Origin: Callorhinchus milii | Taxonomy: Eukaryota | Direction of reading: 5' to 3' | DNA: 64,000 bases | Assembly: GCF_018977255.1 (NCBI RefSeq) | Contig: NW_024704742.1 | Location: 116,996,001 to 117,060,000, forward strand | Shown here: positions 25,351 to 39,105 of the stretch, piece by piece | Position numbering within the stretch: position 1 is the first letter of the stretch | Layout of the letters: each line of letters starts with the position of its first letter | The notes under the pieces: generated by a model | What the model was told of the DNA's origin: nothing | What the model saw: only the letters and a program-made list of their open reading frames with translations | The model's database searches: none | Made by a program: the position numbers and the translations under genes

Positions 25351-26125
25351 ATACAACTGAGTTTTCTTTGTGCAAATGGGCCATTGGAGACATTGTTAAA
25401 AAATGTTTTAAGCAACTCTTACAAGCATCAGTATGGATAAACTTGGTCTTTCCCACATAAACCATGCAAAGAGAACTCAATAGGATATGTGCCTGGGATG
25501 ATCACTAGCAAATGAACTTCAATGCAGTGTTTCATACAAGGATTTCTAAGTATAGAATCTCTGGAATTCCACTTCAACGTTGATCTTATTTCTGACCTCT
25601 GTGTTCTGAGTTCTGATGGGTTGGTGTATTTTAGCACATCTGACAATAATCTCAGATGCCAGATATAGTCAACTATTGATCGCAGTGAATGTGGATTTAG
25701 ATAGTTTGTGCTTTGCTTGGGAAAACAAGTTATATCTGAAGGAGGCAGCTACTTTTCAAGTAGATGAATTCTCCAACCATTGAAAGCAGGGAGCAACAAG
25801 GCAGATTGAAAAACATTAACAATGAATTACAATTTTCTACATCAGTTAGTAACTGCTGTAATGAAAATAGTGCAAAATAGGTGAAAGCACTCATTGAAGA
25901 TAGCATCACTAATTTGACACGAAAGCTAAATTCTTTCCTTTGTTATCCTGAATGTTCTTTAACAAATTTGCAATCAAATTTGTTCACAACTTTCCTAAAT
26001 CATTAACTATTCTCTAATCCTAATCTTTGCACTGAGGTCTAATTTGTGATATTCTTATCCAATCTCCTCTGGCTTTATTCTTTCTCTTGCTCTTGCCCTT
26101 TACTCTTCCTATTCTGGTTTACTGC

Positions 26126-27708
26126 TAGTTTCTCACCATTTCCCCCACATCCGGTCCCTCACTAGCACTGCTTTCTTCCACCTCCGACGAATCGCCCGTC
26201 TCCACCAATACCTCTCCCCAAAAGCCGCTGAAACCTTGGTCCATACCTTTGTCACCTTTCAGCTGGACTACTCTAACGCCCTCCTCGCCGGTCTCCCATC
26301 CACTACCATCCATAAAATCCAAATAATTCAAAACTCTGCCGCCCGCATTCTTACCCGCACGAAACTCCGTTCCCTGATCACCCCAATCCTTGCCAGACTG
26401 CAACAACAACAACAAGATTGCATTTATAGAGCGCCTTTCACGTCGGGAGGACGTCCCAAGGCGCTGGACAGTTAGGTCGGGTCCTAAGCAGGGGGGAAAT
26501 GGTCAGGGTGAGGGGAGGGAAGGGAGGGAGCGAGGAGGGGGTAGAGAGTCGAGAGGGGAGCTGAAGGCACGGTTGAAGAGAAAGGTTTTGAGACTGGCCT
26601 TGAAGGAGGAAAGGGAGGAAGCAAGGCAAAGGCACTGGGGGATGGAGTTCCAGAGCCTAGGAGTTGAGAGGCTGAAAGCCCGGCCACTGATGGTAGGGCG
26701 GTTGGGGCGGGGGATGTGGAGCAGACGGGAGCCAGAGGAATGGAGGGTACGGGCAGGTAGGTAGGGGTATAGTAGGTTGGAGAGGTAGGAGGGAGCAAGG
26801 CCTTGAATGGCCTTGTAGGTGAGGATGAGGATCTTGAAATCAATCCTCTGGGGGATGGGGAGCCAGTGGAGGCGAGCGAGGGTGGGAGTGATGTGGTCGC
26901 GTAGCCTGGTGCGGGACAGTACACGAGCTGCAGAGTTCTGAATGACCTGCAGCTTGTGGAGGGAGGTGCCGGGGAGGCCGGCGAGGAGAGAGTTCCCGTA
27001 GTCCAGCCTTGAGGTGATAACGGCGTGGACCAGAGTTTCAGCAGCGTGAGGGGTGAGGTAGTGCCATAGTCTGGTGATGTTCCGGAGGTAGTGGAAGGCA
27101 GTGCCAGCTGTGGCGCGGATGTGGGGAAGAAAGAACAGCTCAGCGTCGAACAGAACCCCGAGGTTCCTGACTGTCTTTGAGAGGTGGAGAGTGCAGCCTT
27201 GGATGCTGATGCTGTCAGCGCCTGAGGTGCGGAGGCGCTGACGCGAGCCAATCAGGAGGGCCTCAGTTTTGCACACGTTGTGCACTGGCTGCCTATCCCA
27301 GAGAGGATCGATTTCAAGATCCTCACCCTTGTATTCAAGTCCGTGCACTCATCTGCACCCCCCTACCTCTCTGACCTCCTCTCTCCTCAAATCAGTACCC
27401 GTTGCCTTTGTTCCTCCGGGTCTGGCCTCCTCCTCGTCCCCTGAGTCCTCCGCTCCACCCTCGGCGGCCGTGCCTTCAGCCACTATGCCCCCAGGCTCTG
27501 GAACTGCCTTCCTCGCTCCCTTTGCCTCGTTCCCTCCCTTCCCATTTTCAGGTCTCTGCTGAAGACCTTTCTTTTCGACCGCACCTTTAGTCATCTTCCT
27601 TCCCCTCCCCCTGGCTCGATCTCGGGATCTGTTACTGTAAAGCGCTCTGAGATGCCGTCTGGCGTGGAGAGCGCTATATAAATCCAAGTTGTTATTGTTG
27701 TTGTTATT
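26126..27708 (+). mobile_element. L2b copy interrupted by an antisense young L2
   Basis: ORF runs ...PILARL at 26400 and resumes at HWLP at about 27283; L2b tail at about 27640-27708. Confidence 0.85.
26401..27276 (-). mobile_element. Young L2 nested in L2b
   Basis: ORF 26503-27348, near-identical to 6082-6955. Confidence 0.92.
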
Positions 27709-28493
27709 AGTGGCAGAACCTTCAGCCACTATGCCCCCGTTTCAGGAAGTCTCTTGGACTGTGCCTTTGATTACCAAACTTAATTTCTTCTTCCTTTCAT
27801 CCCTACACAATGCTTTCTATTGCTTCTGCAAAGCACTTTGTGATTTGTTGCAAAAGGTGTTATATGAGTGCAAATTATTCTTGTGTTCGTAAATCAGATT
27901 TGTTGCATCAATCGGTTTGTAAATGGGTTGTGTTGCTAGTATCGGCCGATGAAAATGAAAGCTGTTTGACTTTTAGAAACTGCAAAACAGCTAATGGGGT
28001 GAATCCCAAAAGCCAGCAAACATAATCTGAAAGAAGGCCAGATTTTGCGAATCGCTGATATTTGCGCTTAATGCCATAAATCCAATTTGGGAACAATGCA
28101 AGTTAGACCTTGGGGTATCTGTGCGGTATTACCTTTTGTGAACAATGTCCATATTTATCCCCTGCAGAATACTCTCCAACAAATTACATTCAAATTACAT
28201 TTACTCAGTGAGAACTCTGAGTTGGCATAACAAATCAAATGATGGAGATGATTTAGAGAATTCTTTGCTAATTCCTTCCATATAATTGCTGCTTCAAATT
28301 CTCAAATCAATCAAGGTGAGTGAAGAGATTAATGTTATATCAACTGATATAGATGGTTCCCTCAAAGTTTATTTTTGGATCGCTCAGTCGGTTGAGCTAC
28401 AAAAAAGAACCACAGTTAGATGCTGGGTTCAAATCCTGGGTTGAACCTTTTATTCTTTTAAGGTCAATAAGTATATATCATGTCTAGGAAATA

Positions 28494-28888
28494 CAGTGGA
28501 AACTCACTAATAAGGTCCGGAAATGGACTGAGGAATTATGACTACTTTATCAGCCTTTTGCTGGCCCTCATTAAAACCATGTGGCTATTTTTCTTGAGGG
28601 AGTTTTGACAATGAGTCAGAATTAATTATTAAGTGAGGGTTTGGATTGAGATGTGATAGACCTACAGGTTGAAATAGCCCCATTGATTAACCGGATATAT
28701 TTTCCAGTCCAATTTAAAACTTCTGATAACTTGTCACTCCAAGGGAAAAGAGTTCAGTAACTAGTTATCCAGAGTGGCGAGACCGGCATATGTATAAATA
28801 CATAAATAAATGCGGCCGGGATATTGACATCATGATAACTTAAGTGTAGTGACAAATTAAGCCAGGTTGAGTTATCAGGAGTTTACTG
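28494..28888. mobile_element. Old pogo/Tigger-like non-autonomous DNA transposon
   Basis: TA|CAGT...ACTG|TA ends with degenerate TIRs; right end recurs at about 41725-41803. Confidence 0.55.
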
Positions 28889-29425
28889 TATTTACTTGCG
28901 TGCAGGTTTTGTTATGCTGTACTGTTAGAACCTGATAGCCAAGCTGATTGGAGTTCTGATTACCAAATGGCAATTCCTATATCGTGAGAAAGCGGAGGTC
29001 AATGAAATCATTGTTTTCTAAAGGACTCTGAGTAAAACATGTTTTACTGATGATATGTAATAATAGTGTGTCACTTTCTAAATCAAAATGTGATCTTTAG
29101 AGCGTTGATTGCTTGGAAAGCAGCATTTGTATCATTTTGTTTTGGAATAATTTCAGTTTGTTTCTGACATACACATTGGATACTGGTCTATTCACTTGTC
29201 TCTTTTCAAATCAACTTTGTCATATATGGGAGCAGGAACTTTCCTTAGTTTATAGACCTGCAGTTTATACCGTCAAAGATAGAAATATTTGAAGACAGCT
29301 TGTGTTGTGGGCTTGTGATTGTCCGAATGATTTTAATGGTTTGTGATCTTGTGAATTTCAAGTCATGTTTTGAACCTCCGATTTCTCATGGAAAGAGGAA
29401 TGTCAAATAACAACAATGACAACTT

Positions 29426-29726
29426 ATAATAATCCTTGCATTTGATATAGCGCTTTTCACGTTGGGAGGACTTCCCAAAGCGCTTCACAGAACACACTGT
29501 AAAGTGAATTGACTGCATATTTGTGGGCGAACGCGGCAGCCAATTGCGCACAGCAATGTCCCACAAACAGTCGTAGATTGAAAATGACCAATTTTTATTA
29601 TTTCTTTTTGGTTTTGGAGGGATTATTATAAGGCATGTGGAGTAAGGAAACTTGCCCAAGGTTTCGCCCTGACCTGCCTGGAATTGAACTCAGAGCGAGT
29701 GCTCTAACCACTGAACTACAGGACTT
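29426..29726 (-). mobile_element. tRNA SINE, short form, inserted in an L2b tail (host to about 29915)
   Basis: Family match; flanks are L2b tail pieces. Confidence 0.85.
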
Positions 29727-30616
29727 GCCTTTATATAGCGCCCTTCACACTGGTCCGCATCTCTGAGCGCTTTACAGTGGCAGAGCTCAAGCCAGGGAAG
29801 GGGAAAGGTGTCAGTAGGCATGTTTGAAGAGGAAGGTCTTCAAGAGTGACCAGAAAATCGGGAGAAGGGATTGAGGGAGAGAGTTCCACAGCTTTGGGGA
29901 ATAGTGGCTGAAAGCACGCTCATGTGTACAAATATAAAATCATTCAGATGACATCAGGGAAGGAGTATTCTGCATTTTAAAATATTGATTTGTATTAGAC
30001 CATTTTGAAATGTAATAATAATAATAATAATAATAATAATCCTTGCATTTGGTACAGTGCCATATCATAATAATAATATCATGTAACAAAGTCTCAAAGT
30101 GCTTCATAGTAATTGACGGTGAAGTAAGTGTCTGTGTATTTGTAGGTGAATATATATTTAACATAGGGATGCCCAGGCCTAGAAAATAAACTTTGAAGTT
30201 GAATTAAGCTGCTATCCTGAGAACTGTTACTAAAATGCCATTACTTGTGAGGCGGCACGTTCAGTGATGGTAGTGAGCCAACTCCAGACCTAAATATTGT
30301 GACAAAGTTGGGGAGGGTCACAGCTAAACATCAGCTGAGATATCATCATGTAACTTTCAATAATGTGATAATTATTACCAGTGGCAATTATCGCATTACA
30401 TGTTCTATTTTTCTCCCCATGTTCCTAGGAACACTTCGGCTCTGTTATTCCGAGTGGGTGAGTTTTGCCAGTTGTTGCTCAGTTGCTACAGAATGCCTCT
30501 CACAATGTTCACTCTTGAAAATAACTTGTTGTACCAACTGAACCAAACATTTGTGTAACAAAGCAGATACAATTGTGCAGAACTTAGAGCACAGTTCCTT
30601 TCTGTCACCATTTACA

Positions 30617-31000
30617 AAGAATGTACACACAGAAACAGGCCATTTGGCCCAACCAGTTTGTGCCAATGTTTATATGCCACACAAGTCTTCACCCATTGCT
30701 CCCATACCCTTCTATTTCTCTCTCCATCATGTGAAGTCTAGCTTCCTCTTAAATGCATCTACATCATTCAATTCAACGACTACATCAGGTAGTGAGTTCC
30801 ACAATCCTACTACTCTCTGTGTGAAGTAGTTCCTCGTAAATTCTCTTTTTGATCCCCTAGTCGCTATCTTATATTTTTGTCCCCTGGTTACGGACTTCCC
30901 AACCAGTAGAAAACGCCTATCTATGTTAAACTTTTTAAGTGCTCTTATACTTTTAAACCGTTCTATTATTAGGCCCTCCTTAAATGTCTCTTCTCTAGCA
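30617..31000 (-). mobile_element. CR1 3' fragment
   Basis: TRGQKYKI...RNYFTQRVVGLWNSLP...FKRKLD translation. Confidence 0.85.
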
Positions 31001-31675
31001 AAAAATGGCCTCACCGGTTATCTACACAGAAGAGCCAATATAAAGCTACTTCCTTATACACACAACCCTAACATCATTAATCTTCCTAGGTGTCGAAAGT
31101 ACCTGAATACAAAGGCAGTTCTCCTTTAAAACGCTCAAAATATTGGTGTGCTTGTGAGTTTCATTCATTCTTGCCTTTTGCATGTTCACCTATTGGTCCC
31201 TTTTGCATTGCACACAAATCCTAGTTTTCCGCAGATGACAAATTCATTATACATTACATTATAATTGTCTGCATCTTTCCCCATTTGGTTCAGAATAAAA
31301 AACCTCCAAAAACACAAAGAGAATGATAAATATGAAACTTTTTCATATTCCTGTTACTTATTTCTTGTACTTCAATGTTCAATAATATCTGAGTCTAAAA
31401 TGTAAAGAAAGGTTGTTTTGTAAATCTTTCGATTCATCTGCTTAGTTTAAATTTGATCATGTCAACCTTTTTTTGACCATGTAGTTCAATTGTATTGCTT
31501 AATCCTCATGTGGGGGGTGTAATTGATCTTTTCACTGTATGAGGAATTGCTTTACAGTACATTAGGACCATAATTCTGTGTGTATCGCTCCATTCCACTG
31601 ACAGCCTGTCATTTTCTCCTCTCCGCTGGTGGGCATGAGTAGAATTAAAAGGCGTAGGACGTGGGTGGCTGAGTC

Positions 31676-31688
31676 GTTGCCTGGTAAC
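31676..31688. promoter_or_regulatory. RFX X-box motif
   Basis: GTTGCCTGGTAAC matches GTTGCC-N-GGYAAC in non-repetitive sequence. Confidence 0.45.
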
Positions 31689-32439
31689 CAGCTTTCTTAG
31701 CTGTAATTGCTTCTTAGAGAGAGCTGTACAACCAACATTGATCAGTTTAATTCCCTTTGATGTCGACATAGTGAATTTGCATTCTTTCAAAAGATAGCAA
31801 AATAAATCTTTAAATGGTTTAAAGGAAGCATATTTGTAGCTACTAATGAAGTGGCACCAAGAGAGTCTCGTATGTCACTTGGAGACAGTTGGGTCCCATT
31901 CTGATTTGAACCTCCATAGATTCTCAGAGATTTTTACATCTTCTGATATTCTAATATATACACAGATGGAGCTTCCCTCCCCCACCCATATTGTAACTGA
32001 TAATCACCGTTGTGATTGTGAGAAATATGTGTTTGGGACAGATGGGAATTTACTTTCATTGAAATTAGTTGAATTAATCCCAGAGAATCTTCCACATAAA
32101 TATTATAATGAACTGGGACGTCTCCCTTAAATTTAGCTTAAATTTATACTTGCAGGTAAAAGTAGACTGTTGGTCCATCTAGCTTACTCATCCAAAGTCT
32201 CGCAAGCTTCCTTTGCCACATCTACTAACAGATTCCTTTTAATTTCCAGGAATGTATCCAATTCCTATTTAAAACTTGTTGGCTCTTTGTTTCAATAACC
32301 ATTCTGATAGTTTGTTCCACATGTCTATCAAGTATTTACTAAAAAAAATTCTCCCACCCTTCCTATTCACTTTTGTTCTCCTTACAGTATGTTAAAACCA
32401 TGAGTCCCTGTTTTGAATGAATGATCAAGTAATTATTAC

Positions 32440-33152
32440 TTCCATTTGATATAGCACCTATAATGTCAAGAATGTCTCTAAGCACCATACAAAGCTTCTG
32501 AAAAGTGTAATCATTGTATTTGTAGGTGAACGCAGCAGCCAATTTACAGATATCAATGTCTCACAAACATCCATGAAGTGAATGATCAAATTCATCGGAG
32601 GTTTCCATCTCTTTTTGAATAGTGCCATGAAATATTCAGCAACCACCCAAACAATCAGACAGGACCTCAGTTTAACATCTCCTCCGAAGGACAACACCTT
32701 TGGCAATGAAGTACTATTTCAGCACTGCATTGCTGTCCCACTGTAGAAGTGGAGTCATGGAGTTCTCTATCGTATTGGTTAGAGCACTCACCTCGCAAGT
32801 GGATTCGATTCCCAGGCACTACAAAATGTTAGGCAAGTTTCCTTACTCCACATGCCTCTGTTTATCTAGCAGTAAGTAGGCATGTGGGTTGCCAGTCAAT
32901 TGGTGGATCACTTTTCTGGGGAGTAATAATCCCTTTAAAAAAGTCACTCAATCTACGCCTGCTTGTGGGACACTGCTGTGCACAATTGGCTGCCACGTTT
33001 CGCCCAAAAAACACACAGTCAATTCACTTTACAGTATATTCTGTGAAGCTCTTTGAGATGTCTTGAAGACGTGATGAGGCGCTATATCAAATGCAAGGAT
33101 TATTATTATTATGACCCAGAAGCAAGTGTGCTACCAACTACGCCAGGCTGAC
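32440..33152 (-). mobile_element. DeuSINE-like element with a long-form SINE (+, 32752-33112) nested
   Basis: Deu domain at 32600-32730; head remnant at 33113-33152. Confidence 0.75.
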
Positions 33153-36100
33153 ATTGTATAAATGCCCTTGTACCTCTTTGGCTTTGCTGTGTTCTTGGTC
33201 ATGGCCTGGGACAATGCTTATAATTATGCACCATTAGAGACTGGTATCTGACAACTGTGAAATGGTTCCAGACTGTTTTTTAAAACTAATAAATCAGAAG
33301 CCTACATATTGGAGCAGTCCAGCTGGAGTGCTTTGAAATCTTGAGTAGAAGACTTGATTTGAATTCCCAATCATGTGGGAATCATCCATGTGTTTATCAT
33401 CTTCAGACTTGGTTTCTCCAATGCATTTCTTGCCAGCCTTCCTCGCTTAAAGCTTGACAAGCTCCAAATTATCCAGGACGCTGCACAATGCTCTGAAAGA
33501 GCATCACCCACATTCTAACCATGCTCCACTGGCTATTTCCCAGCAGATTGACTTCAGGATTTTTGTTCTTTCTTTCTCTTGCATTACTTTATTTTTGTCA
33601 TCTGCTGCAACCTTCCTCTACACTCACTTGCTCTGCTTTCTAACTCTTCTCTGGCTAATGCTTATAACCCCATCTGCCCTACAATTGGAGGCCAAGCTTT
33701 CATCCTTGCCATTGAATGGCAAGCTTTCAGCCACTTTGGCTCTGTTCTCAGAAACTCACTCCTTAAAACCTCTCCACCTTCTCGACCTGTTTTCATAAAC
33801 CTTCTAAAAACTTACCATTTTCACTGTCACCTGCATAAAACATCCCCTATTGTCTGCTCTGTTGGGCTCCCACTCCACCTCTGTGAAATTTTTATTTTGC
33901 ACAGAAGGCCTCTAAGTACGAGTTGTTTGTTTTGTTGTGCTCCATCCTTTTGACTGAAGAAGATTGTGTTAGGGGAAGAAGATATTTGGGTGTAAAATAA
34001 GGAATAATAGAATAACACAGGAAACGCTGTAAAATAATACCAGGTAAATAAAATCTGCACTCTATACTGAAGCATAAATAGTGTGTGAAGAATAATGGAT
34101 CTTGGAAATGGGTTTCAGTCTGTAATGCAATTAAGAAGGTTAGGTGCTAGTTATAAATCTCTCCAGCCTTGCTCTTATTGTTTATGGCTTATTTTATATA
34201 TATATGGGCCTGGAATTCTTATTGTCAGGGATTGTCCTGGACGCTTGTACTTTGGGACTGGCCAGATCAACTTTAATAGTCTCTTCCAGAAATATATATT
34301 TATATGTTCCTGGGGGATTAGTTTATCACAAGGAATACATTTGAATAATCATGGAAACATGTATTTTCAATTGCCAATGATAAACATTGTATTTGGATTA
34401 AAAGTGTTCAATGGTTATAATATTTTGTACCAAAAAATTGGCAAAGATTGTGTGGGACATGGCGAATGGGGAAGTGGGTGGGGGTGATTTGTAGTCCATT
34501 ATCTAAAGGCGGATCAGGTGTAAATTAGTAATATCTCTTTAAAATTTACACTTGAATCCCATGTAAATACTCTGTGCACTGACAAGTGTCTTATTTTCTA
34601 ACTGAAAATCGTAGTGTAGTGTTTGGATTTATTGGGATGAAAAATGCAACATCCAGTGCAATACAGGTAATTATCACAGCATGGGATATTCTGCTTCTGG
34701 AGATATCTCAGTGATACCTGCCACAGAGAACGCAGTCATCCCTGACTTTGCACTGAATGAACTGAACTGTGTGAAACATCATTTAGAAAAAGTCAGCAGA
34801 AATCCAGTAGGCCAATTTGTATAAAAGGAAAAGGAGAAAGCAACAAGGTATAACAGATTAACAGCCTTTATAAGTAAAGTGTAAGTACAGTTTTTTCTGG
34901 GAGGAAATCACAGGCACTGCATATTAATATAATAATAATCCTTGCATTTGATATAATGCCTCATCGCATTATTGAGACATCCCAAAAAGTTTTACATTTT
35001 GATATGCTGTACAGGATATACTATAAAATCGTTGATTGTGTGTATTTTGTGAGCAAATGCAGCAGCCAATGTGTGCACCGTAATGTTCCATAAATAGCCA
35101 TGGAGTGCGTGAACAATTTTATTTGGGGGATTGTTGGATCATACAGATTTACAAGGCAAAAATTGGACTGTTCATAATCATTGTTACTGCAAAATGTTAT
35201 AACACATATAAAAGACCACTACTGCACCCCATACCACCATCTTAAACCCTAGGAGTATTTGCCTTGTGAGATTCTCTTGCAAGATGATTAAAATACCAGT
35301 GTACAAATTGAATTATTTGTAGTAAAATGGGTGGAGATTTGTGCCACATTAAAGTTAGATTGCACTTTTCTTTCACAAGAGAGTTTCTAACATATGTTAT
35401 GTGTGCCACAGTGATAAAGAATAACTACTTTGATGAACCATATGCAGAATGGTTCCCATGACAGAGTCAAGCAACCAGCCATGTGAACACAGCTGTGGGC
35501 TTTTTAATGCCATTTCACAAAAACTATGCACAGATTCACTCTCTGTCAATAAATAATTACCAAATGAATTGCTTTTTGACAGTTGAATTGGGAATATCGA
35601 TTAATTACGCCAGCTCAGACTTTGTTAGAGACAGACACCACATGATGCTGTAGAATAGAAGGAACTCTGCAGTAGGAATGTAGCCATGTATTGGGATGAT
35701 ATTACACCACTAAAACAAGCAGTGACACAAGTCAAGAGGATGTAAAAGTTAACTTGTCTGTTGACAAGTGACCTCTGCTAAATTGGTCCTGTCTGACAAT
35801 TCTTCCTATCCTAAAGTGGTAAGTGATCCTGGCAGAAATGCTGTCAAGATTTTTTTTAACTATGAGATTCAAAGCTGAATTAATGGGGTGAAATTCCATC
35901 TGGGTTTAGATTTATTTGATTAATGTTGCATTTAGAGCATCCAAAATTTGTCAAATTAATAAATAGGCTTTAATTTTGAAGCCAGTTTTCTGTCAGTTGG
36001 TTTAAGAACTCCTTCCCAGGGAGTGTGAGAACCATCTTTTAACGTGTATTTGACCTGCTTCTGCGATAATAACTGTGAGAGAGACTTGATTCCTCGGTCA

Positions 36101-36199
36101 ATATCTTATTTGTTGAGTCATGAGCAGAGACGGTCTAAAATGTTAGTTGCCATTGACTGGAGAAACACTGTTTTCCAGTAGTTAGCTTTTATGTCAATA

Positions 36200-36660
36200 C
36201 TAGATTGCAATGGCTCACAAAAATACTTCTAACCTTTCCCTTTGTTCTTTTGGTAATTGTTTTGCGTCTATACTTTCAGGTTACTGACTCACTGACAAGT
36301 GGAAATAATTTCTCCTTGTTACATTATCAAAACCACCTACCATTTTGAAAACCTCTATCAATTTTCCTCTCAACCGTCTCAGTGTTCTAGGGAAAACAGC
36401 CCCAGTTTATTCAACAAAACAACAAAATACTGCAGATGCTGGAATCTGAACAAAAACAGAGAGAGCTGGGAAAACTCAGCAGGTCAGGCAGCATCTATGG
36501 AGAAACCATAGATACTGCTTCACCTGCTGAGATTTCCCAGGTCTCTCTGTTTTTGTCCCAGTTTATTCAATGTTTTCTAAAGGTAAAACCTCTTGTTCCA
36601 AGAATCTTCTCTGCAACTTGTCTATAACCTTGACATCTTTCCTATAATGTTTGCTGCAGG
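36200..36660 (-). mobile_element. Degenerate CR1 fragment
   Basis: Homologous to 55913-56608 and 47750-48170. Confidence 0.65.
36415..36556. mobile_element. Fold-back Penelope-like insertion with 14-bp TSD
   Basis: TSD CCCAGTTTATTCAA at 36401-36414 and 36557-36570; internal stem of about 50 bp with a short loop. Confidence 0.8.
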
Positions 36661-36760
36661 ACTGACTTCAGCAATGATTGTTTAGCCTGCAGGCATCCAC
36701 TGTCTGGGCTTCCATGTGAAGAATGTCCATTTGGGCAAGGTACTGGGAGACAGCCCAGCA

Positions 36761-37419
36761 TCCATGGAACTATCAGTGCCTTCTGGAGAGGAGGACAGAA
36801 AATTGGCTAAAGAACAATTGTATGCAATTCATTTTCACTTTGATCCATTCAGGGTTTCATGTTTGTCCTGTGAACTCACATGGATAGTTTATTACATTCA
36901 TTCAGACAATTTCTTGCTGATCTTGTCAATATGTTTGTGCAGGCCATCTCTGGGCAGGTTTCTAATAATAATAATAATAATCCTTGCATTTGATACAGCG
37001 CTTTTCACGTCGGGAGGACATCCCAAAGCACTCACAGAATATACTGTAAAGTGAATTGACTGTATATTTGTGGGCGAACGCAGCAGCCAATTGCGCACAG
37101 CAGTGTCCCACAAACAGTTGAAGATTGAAAATGACCAATTTATTATTGTTTTTGGTTTTGGAGGGATTATTATTAGGCGTATGGAGTAAGGAAACTTGCC
37201 CAAGGTTTCGCCCTGCCTGGAATTGAACTCAGGTCTCTCGCTTGCAAAGCGAGTGCTCTAACCACTGAGCTACAGGACTCCACAGTCCTGTAGCTACATC
37301 ATGGTATAGCGCTCTCACCTGCAATTAAAACAGTTGATCAACAGTAAATTAATTGCATACAATTGTTCTTCTGCTAATTTTCTGACCTTCTCTCCAGAAG
37401 ACACTAATCATTTCAAGGA
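36761..37419. repeat. Diverged inverted repeat of about 85 bp (36761-36846 / 37335-37419)
   Basis: cttctggagag...agaacaattgtatgcaatt versus aattgcatacaattgttct...ctctccagaag. Confidence 0.75.
36963..37282 (-). mobile_element. tRNA-Ala SINE, short form
   Basis: Full-length family match. Confidence 0.93.
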
Positions 37420-37899
37420 ACAACATGTTACTACATTGAAAGAAGGTAATGAAACCTGAAAATTGAACCTGATATAATCTGTCATCCTGGGGTCTACTGG
37501 GTTAAGGCAGTTGGTGACTCGTAATTGACCACCACACTCTCAGATTTCAGGGAGTGCTTGGGACACTGTTAAACAAGGAAGCTCAATGGCAGCCTGACAT
37601 CTACGAGAACAAGCTTAGGTACCACCATAGTCTTGGAATTCATGAATAATGCAGCAACAAAATGCTAAACCTTGATCTTGATATGAAGCATTTGAACTGA
37701 ACGTCCAAAAGTTATTTAAAATTGAGTTAGATGGTATCCTAAGAACTGGCACCAAAATGCTAGCAAATGGCAAGCTCAGACTCAATTATTGAGCTTAAAT
37801 AGGGCAGTTCACCCACGGTCAGACTTCAGCTCCCACATTAATAAGAAGAAAGATAACTGATGGGTTTTAAAGGCAGAAAGATTGTACGAATTGTTAGAA

Positions 37900-38220
37900 T
37901 TAATAATAATCTTTACATTGCTATAGTGCCTTTTATGTCAGAAGCACCTCTCAAAGCGCTTCACAGAATATAATGTAAATTGTAGTGACTGTGTGTATTG
38001 TGGGCGAACACGGCAGACAGTTTGCGCACAACCATATCCCACACAGAGCCTTGAAGTGAGTGATGAATTTCACTTGAAAGACTGTCGACAATGACATTCC
38101 AGAGAAATTCACACCTTTTTTCGAATAGTGCCATGGGATCTTTAATGTCTACCTGAACATGCAGACAGGGACTCGGTTTTAACATCTCATCCAAAGGGCA
38201 GCACCTCCAGCAATGCAGCC
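37900..38220 (-). mobile_element. DeuSINE-like element
   Basis: Deu domain plus tail. Confidence 0.75.
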
Positions 38221-38787
38221 CCCTCCTCCCCACCATTCCACCTCAGTCTTGAACATTTATATGGATCCACATCCACAGGCTTTTGAGATTTTCGTTTTTT
38301 TTTCTCGTTTGCTGTATGATCCACCCATGGCATTGATTCATTTGTAACTTTTAGCGACTGTCTGATAGTTGCAGCACCAAGGACAGAATTGTTTCAGAGC
38401 AGAAGTTATTAAAAAGAGTTTGCATTTCTTTTTAAAATATTACAACATTATCTTTCAAGGAATATCATTCTCAAGCCAAAGCAACTGTTGGACATTTTGA
38501 GAGAGTTAATTACATAGACTGTAGCTTCATGACAACCAGGTTATTTGTCTGTTCAGTTGGCTGAATTTAGTAGTTCTAAAAAGATCAATGGGAAGGTATA
38601 GACTTAGCAACAAATAAGATCAGTATAGACAGGTATAGACATAGCAACAAATAACTTTTCCTGTCAATCACTCTTCGTGACTTGAAGTAGGCATACTTTC
38701 ACTTAACTGGTAAAATTATCAATTAATAAAACAGCAAGATTTAATTTAGACAATGCCTCAGTCCAGTGACAGCTTGATGAAAGCCCT

Positions 38788-39105
38788 TAATAATAATAAT
38801 AATCCTTGCATTTGATATAGCGCTTTTCACGTTTTCTCAACATCTCAAAGCGCTTCACAGAAAATGCTGCAAAGTGAATTGACCGTATATCTGTGGGCGA
38901 AACGCAGCAGCCAATTGCGCGCAGCAGTGTCCCACAAACAGTCATGGATTGAAAATGACCAATTATTATTGTTTTGTTTTGGAGGGATTATTATTTTTAG
39001 GCGTGTGGAGTAAGGAAACTTGTCCAAGGTTTCGCCCTGCCTGGAATTGAACCCAGGTGTCTCGCTTGCAAGGTGAGTGCTCTAACCACTGAGCTACAAG
39101 ACTCC
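38788..39105 (-). mobile_element. tRNA-Ala SINE, short form
   Basis: Family match. Confidence 0.9.
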
